Origin: Eubacteriales bacterium
GTDB lineage: Bacteria > Bacillota > Clostridia > Oscillospirales > CAG-272
Assembly: GCA_045531455.1 (NCBI GenBank)
Contig: JAZSEA010000101.1
Coordinates: 644 to 64,643 of the forward strand
Length of the DNA stretch: 64,000 nt
Reading direction: 5' to 3'
The notes beneath the pieces were generated by a model that saw only the letters and a program-made list of their open reading frames with translations, did not search any database and had not been told where the DNA came from. Of the stretch, positions 9,190-17,420 are shown piece by piece. The number at the start of each line of letters is the position of its first letter. The stretch's first letter is position 1. The translations under genes and the position numbers were made by a program.

Positions 9190-10725
9190 TTAAACGGAGG
9201 ATTTTTTTGCAGCCGTCGCTGCATCGTACTCGGCAAGGACCTTAATAGTCGATTCGATATCGGAGGGGTAATGATATACTCCGCCGTGGCGGATCATATG
9301 CGTCTCCGCTCCTCGTCCCGCAAACATAATGACGCTATCGCCGATGCCTGCAAAGACAGCCTTGCGGATCGCGTCACCTCTGTACTGCTCGACGTCAAAG
9401 GGACAACCGAGAGCTTCGAGATGTACTGTGATCTCTCGCGCGATCTTCTCGAAGGGCTCGTCCGCGGGATCCTTCTCACAGATAACGGCATAGTCGCAGC
9501 AAGAGCCGACGATCTTGCCGACCTCTTCTCTTCTGTTCTGCGATTTGGAGCCGTGAAGTCCGAAGCACGCGATCTTCTTTCTTTCGGGATAGGTACGGCA
9601 AACGTACTCGCAAAGAGTCTCAAAGCTATTCTTATTGTGAGCATAGTCAACGATAACGATCACCTTCTCGTCCTCGCTCTTGAAGACCTGCATTCTTCCC
9701 GCTGTACGCGCGACGGCGAGAGCCTTCTCCATCGTCTCGGGAGGGATTCCGACCGCATACGACATTGCGATCGCGCAAAGAGCGTTCTTTACGTTGAACT
9801 CGCCCGGCATAGTCAGCTTCATCCTTCTCTTCCAGAGAGGAGTAACAACATCGAAATAAATACCGTCCGCGAGGGTCTCGATCTTTCGGCAGGAGATGGT
9901 ATCGGTCTCGTGAGATCCAAAGGTGATGACTGGCACTCTACCGCCGATATAATCGAGCATAATATCGCTCTTGGGGTCGTCGGTGTTGACGCATGCAACC
10001 CCGCAATTATCGAAAAGCTTGAGCTTGGAGTAGAAATAATCCTCAAATGTGGGATGCTCGACGTCGCTTATATGGTCGTTATCGATATTTGTAAAGCCCG
10101 CGACGTTGAAATTGACCCATTCGACTCTCTTGTATTTGAGCGCCTGAGCCGAGACTTCAACGACGTAGTTTTCGATTCCCGATTTTACCGCGTTAGAGAA
10201 ATGGCGCCATACGTCGGGAGATTCGGGGGTTGTATTGGTCGACTCGAAACGCTCGATGCCGTCATAGGTATCAATGGTGGACATAAATCCGCACTCGCGG
10301 GTCTTTGTCTCGGCAGCATAGGTATCGAGGATCTCCTTGAGATAATATGAGGTCGTGGTCTTTCCCTTGGTACCCGTGATCGCAAAGGTTGTAAGCTCCT
10401 TCTGCGGATCGCGGTAGAACATACGCGCAACGAGAGCCATTGCTCCGCGGATATCGTTGACCGCGATATAATGCTCCCTTTCTGCGATGATCCTGTCGCT
10501 GAGATAGCAGACCGCGCCCTTTTCGATCGCGGAGAAAAGATATTCCTCTTTAAAATGTACGCCCTTTGCGATAAAGAGAGTACCGGGCGTGACCTTTCTC
10601 GAGTCGAAGGTGAGCTCGGTTACCTCTGTCTTGGCGTACTCGTCCCACATATCGGTGCCCATAAGCATACCCGAATTGTCAAGAGCCTCGATAAAATCGC
10701 CTATTGTATAAAATTTATCCGACAT
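9190..10725 (-). CDS. Mur ligase family protein, MurE-like
   Basis: 511 aa. DSRKVTPGTLFIA N-domain and ATP-site ITGTKGKTTT. The C-terminal region deviates from canonical MurE (see findings). Confidence 0.7.
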   Translation of the reverse strand: MSDKFYTIGDFIEALDNSGMLMGTDMWDEYAKTEVTELTFDSRKVTPGTLFIAKGVHFKEEYLFSAIEKGAVCYLSDRIIAEREHYIAVNDIRGAMALVARMFYRDPQKELTTFAITGTKGKTTTSYYLKEILDTYAAETKTRECGFMSTIDTYDGIERFESTNTTPESPDVWRHFSNAVKSGIENYVVEVSAQALKYKRVEWVNFNVAGFTNIDNDHISDVEHPTFEDYFYSKLKLFDNCGVACVNTDDPKSDIMLDYIGGRVPVITFGSHETDTISCRKIETLADGIYFDVVTPLWKRRMKLTMPGEFNVKNALCAIAMSYAVGIPPETMEKALAVARTAGRMQVFKSEDEKVIVIVDYAHNKNSFETLCEYVCRTYPERKKIACFGLHGSKSQNRREEVGKIVGSCCDYAVICEKDPADEPFEKIAREITVHLEALGCPFDVEQYRGDAIRKAVFAGIGDSVIMFAGRGAETHMIRHGGVYHYPSDIESTIKVLAEYDAATAAKKSSV

Positions 10726-10876
10726 AGTATTTATTTCCTTATATAATGAAAATTCAAACTAATTATATCACGTTTTTGATACTTTTGCAATAGCAGCGGA
10801 AAAAAATCAAAAAATAAATTCGCAAATACAGTGAGATCGACAAAAACCAACAAAATATAAAAAAATTATTTCAAAA

Positions 10877-10910
10877 TTGACTTTACTTTTGCCGAAAAAT
10901 ATGGTATCAT
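10877..10910 (+). promoter_or_regulatory. candidate promoter of the nucleobase permease gene
   Basis: Either TTGACT, 17 nt, TATGGT, or an extended -10 TGgTATCAT with a weak -35. The two readings cannot be told apart by eye. Confidence 0.4.
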
Positions 10911-10966
10911 ATTGAAAGAAACCGAGGCAAACGCCAAAAGCTTCGGAGAATTTAGGAGGATTTCGC

Positions 10967-12331
10967 ATGCAACTCATCTACAATGTCAAAGATAAGCCGA
11001 AATTCGGTCAGCTTATCGTCTTCGCGATCCAGCAGCTTCTCGCCATTATGGCGGCAACCATCGCCGTTCCCGCAATCGTAGGTAACGGTATGACAGCTTC
11101 CGCAGCTCTCTTCGGAGCAGGCGCGGGAACTATCATCTATCAGCTCTTCACCAAGTTCAAGAGCCCCGTATTCCTCGGCTCTTCCTTCGCGTTCATTCCC
11201 TCGATGCTCGCGGCTTTTGCCGGCGGCGTTTCTATGCAGCTCGGCTTCCTCGGTCTTCTGATCGGTGTAATCAGCGCGGGTCTCGTTTACGTTATCATCG
11301 CTATCATCATCAAGTTCGCAGGCGTTAAGTGGATCAACGTACTTATGCCTCCCGTTGTTATCGGTCCTACGGTTGCCCTCATCGGACTCTCGCTTGCAGG
11401 CGCGGCAGTAAAGGACGTATTCTCTTACGGTCCTCAGGACGATAACGGCGCGTTCATCATGTCTCCCACCCTTTGGGTATCCTTCATTTGCGCTATCGTA
11501 ACCCTTCTCGTTGTTATCATCTGCTCCACCTACGGTAAGAAGATGGTCAAGCTCATCCCCTTCATCATCGGCATCCTTTCGGGCTACGCGGTCGGTCTCG
11601 TATTCACCCTTATCGGTATCGCAACCGAGAATCCTGCGATCCAGATCATTGATTTCGCCCCCTTCAAAGCTCTCGTTGCTGACGGCGTTGGCGTTTCCAC
11701 CTTCGTAGCAGTACCCGAGTTCACCTTCCTCACCGCTCTCAAGGGTACGGGCGAATTCAGCGCTTCCTATCTTGCGACCATCGTTGTAGCATACGTTCCC
11801 GTTGCATTCGTTGTATTTGCAGAGCATATCGCCGACCACAAGAACCTCTCCTCCATCATCGAGGCTGACCTTCTTGAGGATCCCGGACTTCACAACACCC
11901 TTCTCGGCGACGGCGTTGGTTCGATCGTCGGCTCGATCTTCGGAGGCTGTCCCAACACCACTTACGGCGAGTCCGTTGGTTGCGTTGCTATCACCAAGAA
12001 TGCATCTGTCATCACCATTACCGTTACCGCTGTTATGGCAATGGTAGTTTCCTTCATCTCCCCCTTCGTAGCATTCCTCGATTCGATCCCCGGATGCGTA
12101 ATGGGCGGCGTTTGCATCACCCTCTACGGCTTCATCGCTGTTTCGGGTCTCAAGATGATCCAGAAGATCGACCTTGAGCAGAACGCAAACCTCTTCACCG
12201 CTTCTGTTATCCTTATCACCGGTATCGGCGGCATGGCAATGGCTATCGGCAAGGTAACCATCACCGCTATCGCTTGCGCACTCATTCTCGGTATCATCGT
12301 TAACCTTATTCTTAATAAGGCGAGAAAATAA
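10967..12331 (+). CDS. NCS2-family nucleobase:cation symporter (uracil/xanthine permease)
   Basis: 454 aa and polytopic. N-terminus QLIVFAIQQLLAIMAATIAVP and overall layout are typical of UraA/PyrP-type permeases. Confidence 0.85.
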   Translation: MQLIYNVKDKPKFGQLIVFAIQQLLAIMAATIAVPAIVGNGMTASAALFGAGAGTIIYQLFTKFKSPVFLGSSFAFIPSMLAAFAGGVSMQLGFLGLLIGVISAGLVYVIIAIIIKFAGVKWINVLMPPVVIGPTVALIGLSLAGAAVKDVFSYGPQDDNGAFIMSPTLWVSFICAIVTLLVVIICSTYGKKMVKLIPFIIGILSGYAVGLVFTLIGIATENPAIQIIDFAPFKALVADGVGVSTFVAVPEFTFLTALKGTGEFSASYLATIVVAYVPVAFVVFAEHIADHKNLSSIIEADLLEDPGLHNTLLGDGVGSIVGSIFGGCPNTTYGESVGCVAITKNASVITITVTAVMAMVVSFISPFVAFLDSIPGCVMGGVCITLYGFIAVSGLKMIQKIDLEQNANLFTASVILITGIGGMAMAIGKVTITAIACALILGIIVNLILNKARK

Positions 12332-12334
12332 TAT

Positions 12335-12503
12335 AATGCAAAATGCATAATGCATAATGCAAAATGAACAGATAATTTAACTTATTTGTTCTATATAAAC
12401 AAAGGGCTGAATCCAAAACGATTCAGTCCTTTTATATTCAGAACATCAAATGAAATGTTCTGCTGCTTTTGAATTTTGCATTTTGCATTTAGAATTTTGC
12501 ATT
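12335..12503. repeat. inverted heptad-repeat element: (AATGCAW)x4-5, ~100 bp, (WTGCATT)x5
   Basis: Left arm 12335-12369: AATGCAA AATGCAT AATGCAT AATGCAA AATGAAC. Right arm 12469-12503: TTGAATT TTGCATT TTGCATT TAGAATT TTGCATT. The arms abut the uraA-like and rbr stop codons. Confidence 0.7.
12404..12434. terminator. bidirectional intrinsic terminator between the permease gene and rbr
   Basis: GGGCTGAATC, 6-nt loop, GATTCAGTCC (10 bp with one G-U), then TTTTA. An A-rich run upstream gives TTTGTTT on the other strand. Confidence 0.75.
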
Positions 12504-13075
12504 CATTCCGTGAATCTTGCGAAATACGCCTTCGGGTGTCCGCAGGTGGGGCAATGCTCAGGGGCGTTTTCGTTTGCGATGAGCTGACCGCAGGCAAGGC
12601 AGATCCAAGGGGTGTTTCCGTCCTCGGCGGTCTTGACGAAGGCGTTGCCGTCGGCGAGCTGCTTCTGATACTTGAGGTATCTTTCCTCGTGGCGGCGTTC
12701 GATCGCGGCAACGCGCTCAAAGCGTCCGGCGATCTCGTCAAAGCCCTCTTCCCTTGCGGTCTCGGCGAATTCTCGGTACATCTTATCCCATTCGAAATGC
12801 TCGCCGTTTGCGGCTACCTCGAGATTCTTTTCGCTTTCCGCCATACCTCCGAGAAGTGTAAACCATATCTCTGCGTGCTCGGCTTCGTTTCTCGCGGTCT
12901 CCTCAAAGATCTGTGCGACCTTCTCGTATCCGTCCTTTCTTGCCTTGCTTGCAAACCATGTGTAGCGAAGATGCGCCTGCGACTCGCCCGAAAGCGCGGT
13001 ATGGAGATTCTCCTGAGTTTTTGTGCCTTCAAGTCTGTCCTTAAGAGGTGTAGGTGCGGGAACTGTTGCGTTCAT
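12503..13075 (-). CDS. rbr: rubrerythrin
   Basis: 190 aa. Ferritin-like four-helix region with paired E..H motifs (AEHAEIW, IERRHEERY). C-terminal rubredoxin-type CLACG...CPTCG. Confidence 0.9.
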   Translation of the reverse strand: MNATVPAPTPLKDRLEGTKTQENLHTALSGESQAHLRYTWFASKARKDGYEKVAQIFEETARNEAEHAEIWFTLLGGMAESEKNLEVAANGEHFEWDKMYREFAETAREEGFDEIAGRFERVAAIERRHEERYLKYQKQLADGNAFVKTAEDGNTPWICLACGQLIANENAPEHCPTCGHPKAYFARFTE

Positions 13076-13081
13076 TATAAA

Positions 13082-13111
13082 AATCCTCCTGTTTTTTGGT
13101 ACAGGAGGATT
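13082..13111 (-). terminator. terminator-like hairpin after the GNAT gene; its 3' arm contains the rbr Shine-Dalgarno
   Basis: Minus strand: AATCCTCCTGT, 8-nt loop, ACAGGAGGATT, then TTTATA and the rbr ATG. 11-bp perfect stem. Confidence 0.6.
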
Positions 13112-13122
13112 ATTGACGCAAG

Positions 13123-13707
13123 TCAGTTAAAATATTCACTCGCAAGTATCGAACAATATCCAACGTCAACGTACTCGCCGCGGTTAAGGAGCGACTGACG
13201 GCGGATACCTTCGAATTTCATACCGACCTTTTCCATTACTCGGCGCGAGACCTCGTTGCCGACGATGTATCTTGCCTCGATGCGGTTGAGCTTCAGCTCG
13301 GTAAATCCGAACTCAAGCACACGCGCGAGAGCTTCGGGCGCGACACCTCTGCCGCGGTATTCGGGATTGATAACGTAGCCAACCTCTGCGGCATTGTTGT
13401 CGTAATCAAATCGCGTAAAACCGCAGGTTCCGATCATCTTTTCGCGGTAGTCGCCGTCGGCGCACCAGATCACAGCCCAATCGAAAAACTCGCCGTTCTT
13501 GTAGCATTTCCCGATGAATTCGAGATAATCGCGAGTATATTCACGCGAGGGATGCGGCTGCCAGGTCAGATATTTCGTAACGTCGGAGCGGCAGGCGTAT
13601 TCAAACATATCGTACGAATCGATCGGCTTCATCGCACGCAGAGTCAGCCTGCGGGTCATCAGCGTCGGAGGCTTACTGAACACTCGTTTTACAGTTCGTT
13701 CTAACAT
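13123..13707 (-). CDS. GNAT-family N-acetyltransferase (RimJ/RimL-like)
   Basis: 194 aa. Acetyl-CoA motif YRGRGVAPEAL. N-terminal RLTLRAM is typical of the Acetyltransf_3 group. Confidence 0.8.
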   Translation of the reverse strand: MLERTVKRVFSKPPTLMTRRLTLRAMKPIDSYDMFEYACRSDVTKYLTWQPHPSREYTRDYLEFIGKCYKNGEFFDWAVIWCADGDYREKMIGTCGFTRFDYDNNAAEVGYVINPEYRGRGVAPEALARVLEFGFTELKLNRIEARYIVGNEVSRRVMEKVGMKFEGIRRQSLLNRGEYVDVGYCSILASEYFN

Positions 13708-13724
13708 AGATACTCGTCCTTTGG

Positions 13725-13862
13725 AAGTGTAAAGTGAAAAGTGATAAGTGTAAAGTTAAGGAAAATTTCCTCACTACGTTCGGAAATAATTTTTAATTGC
13801 TTTTTGAGCAAAGCGAAAAAAGCTTACATAACTTTTCACTTTCCACTTTACACTTTTCACTT
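13725..13862. repeat. inverted heptad-repeat element: (AAGTGWW)x5, ~70 bp, (WWCACTT)x4-5
   Basis: Left arm 13725-13759: AAGTGTA AAGTGAA AAGTGAT AAGTGTA AAGTTAA. Right arm 13835-13862: TTCACTT TCCACTT TACACTT TTCACTT. The right arm ends 5 nt from the stop of the DUF1385 gene. Confidence 0.7.
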
Positions 13863-13866
13863 TGGT

Positions 13867-15024
13867 TTACCAATTATCGCTTCCGTCGTCGGGAATGACC
13901 TCCTTGACGGCGGCGATGGCGCACTCGATCATATCATCGTCGGGCTCTTTGGTAGTGATATGCTGGAGCCAAACGCCGGGTGCGGAGATGATTCTTGTGA
14001 AGAGATTATCGTGTCTGCCCGCAAAGCGGATAAGCTCGTAGCCGATGCCCATAATGAAGGGGAGGGTGATCAAACCGATACCGGTTCTGGCAACGATATT
14101 GAGGATCTTATGGTCAACGAGAGTCGCGGGGATGAACATATTGACAACGATCGAAACGAGAAGCATCAGGATAAGGAAGGAGGTGCCGCAGCGGGGATGG
14201 AATCTCTTCTGCTTACGTACGTTCTCGACGGTGAGCTCAAGTCCCTGCTCGTAGCAGAAGATGGTCTTGTGCTCCGCGCCGTGGTACATAAAGGTACGGC
14301 GGATATCCTTCATAAGGGTAACGGACGCCATATAAGCGACCATTATCGCGATCTTGACCACGCCCGTGATAGCGGCGCGGATAAGATTGAACCAATAGCC
14401 TTCGCCCTCGAGCGAGGGAAATGCCCAGGTGATAAGCTCATAGATCGATTCGGGAAGGACCTTGAAAAGCAGGAGAGCGAGTCCGAGACCAAGCACAAGT
14501 GCGACGACCATAACGCCCGTCATCATACCCGAATTATCCTTCTTCTCTGCCTTGACTTCGGGAGCGGATTTCTCGACGGAAGCTTCGGTGACTTCCTCTT
14601 TTACATCTTCTGCGACTACGGGAGTGTCGGTTGCTTCTTGCGCGGCAAGCTCCTCGACGCTGATGCCGAGCTTCTTTGCTCTCTTAGCCTGTTCCTTTGC
14701 CGCCTTCTTTGCGGCTTTTTCTTTTTCTTCCTCCTCGATAGCCTCGTCAAGACCCGAAAGCTCGGCGGAGCGCATAGTTGCCTTGTAGCCGACAGCCATA
14801 GAGTCGATGAAGTTTACAACGCCTCGGATAACGGGCCATTTGAGGATGCCCTTGCGGTTTGCGCTCTTGAGGTCCTCTACCTCGATGACCATCTCGCCGT
14901 CGGGGCGTCTGACTGCCATCGCGCTCTTCTTCGGACCGCGCATCATAATTCCTTCAAGCAGAGCCTGACCGCCGATAGATGTCTTCTTCATCGGGCAGGA
15001 TGCGGATTCGTTTTTATTGCTCAT
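13867..15024 (-). CDS. DUF1385 (YqhQ-like) membrane protein with a charged insertion
   Basis: 385 aa. N-terminal IGGQALLEGIMMRGP plus HGAEHK and RCGTSF motifs are typical of DUF1385. Carries an extra K/E/A-rich block. Confidence 0.75.
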   Translation of the reverse strand: MSNKNESASCPMKKTSIGGQALLEGIMMRGPKKSAMAVRRPDGEMVIEVEDLKSANRKGILKWPVIRGVVNFIDSMAVGYKATMRSAELSGLDEAIEEEEKEKAAKKAAKEQAKRAKKLGISVEELAAQEATDTPVVAEDVKEEVTEASVEKSAPEVKAEKKDNSGMMTGVMVVALVLGLGLALLLFKVLPESIYELITWAFPSLEGEGYWFNLIRAAITGVVKIAIMVAYMASVTLMKDIRRTFMYHGAEHKTIFCYEQGLELTVENVRKQKRFHPRCGTSFLILMLLVSIVVNMFIPATLVDHKILNIVARTGIGLITLPFIMGIGYELIRFAGRHDNLFTRIISAPGVWLQHITTKEPDDDMIECAIAAVKEVIPDDGSDNW

Positions 15025-15105
15025 ATCATATTTTCCTTTAAATCTGTTGATATTTAATTATATCCCATATTTGTGAATTCGTTATGAACTCTTTATTCTA
15101 TTAAT

Positions 15106-15134
15106 AAAAAAACAGAGCCGACGGATCGGCTCTG
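15106..15134 (-). terminator. intrinsic terminator of prs
   Basis: Minus strand: CAGAGCCGA, 4-nt loop, TCGGCTCTG, then T7. Starts 24 nt after the prs stop. Confidence 0.8.
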
Positions 15135-15157
15135 CAAAAATTTATTGGTTATCGGAA

Positions 15158-16291
15158 TCAAAAATCGATCTTAAGCTGACCGCCAAGCTCTGCTGTATGC
15201 TTGTCGATAAGAGCGTGGATCTTCTTTACGGGGTCGAGGATGAGGCTGATAGACTCATCGTGGTTGAGGGTATCGATAATGTAGGAAACGTACTTGCACA
15301 TGCTTACCTCAACGTACCAATCCTTTGTCTTGAGCGCGGGATCGTTATAGATGAGGTTGGTGGTGAAGATCTTATCGATGATACCGTCCTCGTAAGCCTT
15401 ATCGAAGCCCTCGAGACCGTTGGTGAAGAGTCCGAAGGTTGCGAAAGCATAGATCCTCTTCGCGCCTCGCTTCTTGATCTGCTTAGCAACGTCAAAGAGA
15501 GAGTCGCCCGAGGAGATCATATCGTCGACGATGACAACGTCCTTACCCGTGAGATCCTGACCGAGGTATTCGTGAGCAACGATGGGGTTCTTACCGTTTA
15601 CGATACGGGAATAGTCACGTCTCTTATAGAACATACCTACGTCAAGTCCCGCAACCGAGGAGAAGAACATACATCTGCCCATTGCGCCCTCGTCGGGAGA
15701 GATGATGATAAGCTGTTCCTTATCAAAGGAAATGTCGGGAACTGCCTTGACAAGCGCCTTTACCATCTGGTATGTAGGGCGGTAGTTGTCAAAGCCGATA
15801 AGGGGAACTGCATTCTGAACGCGGTCGTCGTGTGCGTCGAAGGTGATAAAGTTCTTAACGCCGTAGAATTCGAGCTCGCGGAGCATCATAGCGCAATCGA
15901 GAGACTCGCGGTTGGTTCTCTTGTGCTGTCTGCCCTCATAGAGCATCGGCATAATTACCGAGATACGGCGCGCCTTGCCCTCGATAGCTCCGACGATACG
16001 CTTAAGGTCAGCAAAATGCTCGTCGGGGGTCATAGGGATATCGTTACCTCTCATCTTATAGGTAACGCCGTAGTTAAAGGGGTCGCAGATAATCATGATG
16101 TCAAGACCTCTGACCGACTGCTTGAGAAGTGCCTTTGCCTCACCCGATCCGAAGCGGGGACAATCGACCTCTACGAGATAAGATTCATTGGTGCCTCTGC
16201 GTTCTCTGAGATAATTGTCAACGCGGTTTGCAAATTCCTCGCATCCCTTCATTGCAACTATGCCCAGCTTGCCAAATACTGTTTCCTTCAT
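15158..16291 (-). CDS. prs: ribose-phosphate pyrophosphokinase (long form)
   Basis: 377 aa. PRPP-binding loop VVIVDDMISSGDS and FDAHD motif. Confidence 0.8.
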   Translation of the reverse strand: MKETVFGKLGIVAMKGCEEFANRVDNYLRERRGTNESYLVEVDCPRFGSGEAKALLKQSVRGLDIMIICDPFNYGVTYKMRGNDIPMTPDEHFADLKRIVGAIEGKARRISVIMPMLYEGRQHKRTNRESLDCAMMLRELEFYGVKNFITFDAHDDRVQNAVPLIGFDNYRPTYQMVKALVKAVPDISFDKEQLIIISPDEGAMGRCMFFSSVAGLDVGMFYKRRDYSRIVNGKNPIVAHEYLGQDLTGKDVVIVDDMISSGDSLFDVAKQIKKRGAKRIYAFATFGLFTNGLEGFDKAYEDGIIDKIFTTNLIYNDPALKTKDWYVEVSMCKYVSYIIDTLNHDESISLILDPVKKIHALIDKHTAELGGQLKIDF

Positions 16292-16330
16292 TTTGACTCC
16301 TTTTAATCCGAGTTATTTAATTGATATTTT

Positions 16331-16359
16331 ATTATACCATATAATTCGCAAATGTGCAA
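16331..16359 (-). promoter_or_regulatory. candidate promoter of prs
   Basis: Minus strand: TTGCAC, 17 nt, TGgTATAAT (extended -10). Confidence 0.45.
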
Positions 16360-16428
16360 ATACTTTTTTCGATTTTTTTGCAAAATTCGTCAACTTTTTT
16401 GTATTTTCTTTATATTGCCGACCGTTTA

Positions 16429-17409
16429 TCAGATCCACCCGACGGTTTTCATCAGGAAAACGCCGAGGAATATGGTCAAAATGCAGAAAAGAGTCGAGAG
16501 CAGGAGTATCTGTCCCGCGAGCTCGTGGTCACTCTTCATATTCTTTGCCATAATATAGCTGCTGACGGCGGCGGGTGTTCCGAAGATGATAAAGGTTATG
16601 AGCAACTCATTGCCTCTGAAGCCGCAGAGGTATGCCGCCGCAACGCCTATGATCGGATGGATGACGGTCTTCACGATCGAGGTCACGCTTGCGAGAGTGA
16701 TATTTCCCTTGAGCGCCGAGAAGGAGAAGCCCGCGCCGAGGCTTATGAGTGCCAGAGCCGTAGTCGAGTCGGAAAGATATCCGAGCGAGGTATTGAGTAT
16801 CGTCGGAAGTTCCCAACCGAAGATCATAAAGGGTAGTCCGAGAACGACGGCGATAATGAGCGGATTCTTGGCGGTATTGATCAGGATCTTTCCTATATTG
16901 ATTTTCTGCTTCTCTTCTCCCTCCGCAGTCGGCATAAAGACCGTCAGCACTACGACCGAGAGGACGTTATACATAAGGATAACGAAGGGCATCGTGATGG
17001 CGTAGCCTGCGAGAGCAACGTCGCTCTCCGCCGTTCCCGCGTAGATATTCGTGATGAATACCACTCCGAGGATAGAGGCATTCGAGCGGAACATACTCTG
17101 CACCGACGCGCCGACACGCGCGGGGTCTCGGACGATGAGGTGAGTCAGAATTGAAAATACCGTACAGGTGATCAAAAGCATCACGACAGTGAAGATCGGG
17201 AGCTTCATAAGGTCTCCGCCGCTCGTCATATCCGCGCCCGCGACCTGCAGAAAGATCATACAGGGCAGGGCTATGTCAAAGACGTATTTGTCTGCAGCCG
17301 AATAAAAGCTGTCGGGCAGAAGCCTGATCTTTTTGAGGACCATACCGAGGACGGTCAGTATCAGCACGGGCGTCACGGTATTGAGGCTCAGTATCAGATT
17401 ATCGAGCAT
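16429..17409 (-). CDS. AEC-family (auxin efflux carrier type) transporter
   Basis: 326 aa, about 10 TM segments in two halves separated by a short loop. N-terminus is typical of the PF03547 family. Confidence 0.75.
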   Translation of the reverse strand: MLDNLILSLNTVTPVLILTVLGMVLKKIRLLPDSFYSAADKYVFDIALPCMIFLQVAGADMTSGGDLMKLPIFTVVMLLITCTVFSILTHLIVRDPARVGASVQSMFRSNASILGVVFITNIYAGTAESDVALAGYAITMPFVILMYNVLSVVVLTVFMPTAEGEEKQKINIGKILINTAKNPLIIAVVLGLPFMIFGWELPTILNTSLGYLSDSTTALALISLGAGFSFSALKGNITLASVTSIVKTVIHPIIGVAAAYLCGFRGNELLITFIIFGTPAAVSSYIMAKNMKSDHELAGQILLLSTLFCILTIFLGVFLMKTVGWI

Positions 17410-17420
17410 ATTTTCTTACC

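Noticed and set aside
10952-12355. 467-aa ORF on the minus strand, rich in D/G/E/N/C, covering the whole permease gene.
   Set aside because: It is exactly antisense to a well-supported NCS2 permease. It has low-complexity composition, no RBS and no recognisable motifs. This is a typical shadow ORF of a gene with GC-rich third positions.
12335-12369. Considered whether the short tandem repeats here and at 13725-13862 could be a degenerate CRISPR array.
   Set aside because: The units are only 7 bp and directly adjacent with no spacers. No cas genes are present. They are kept as repeat elements of unknown type instead.
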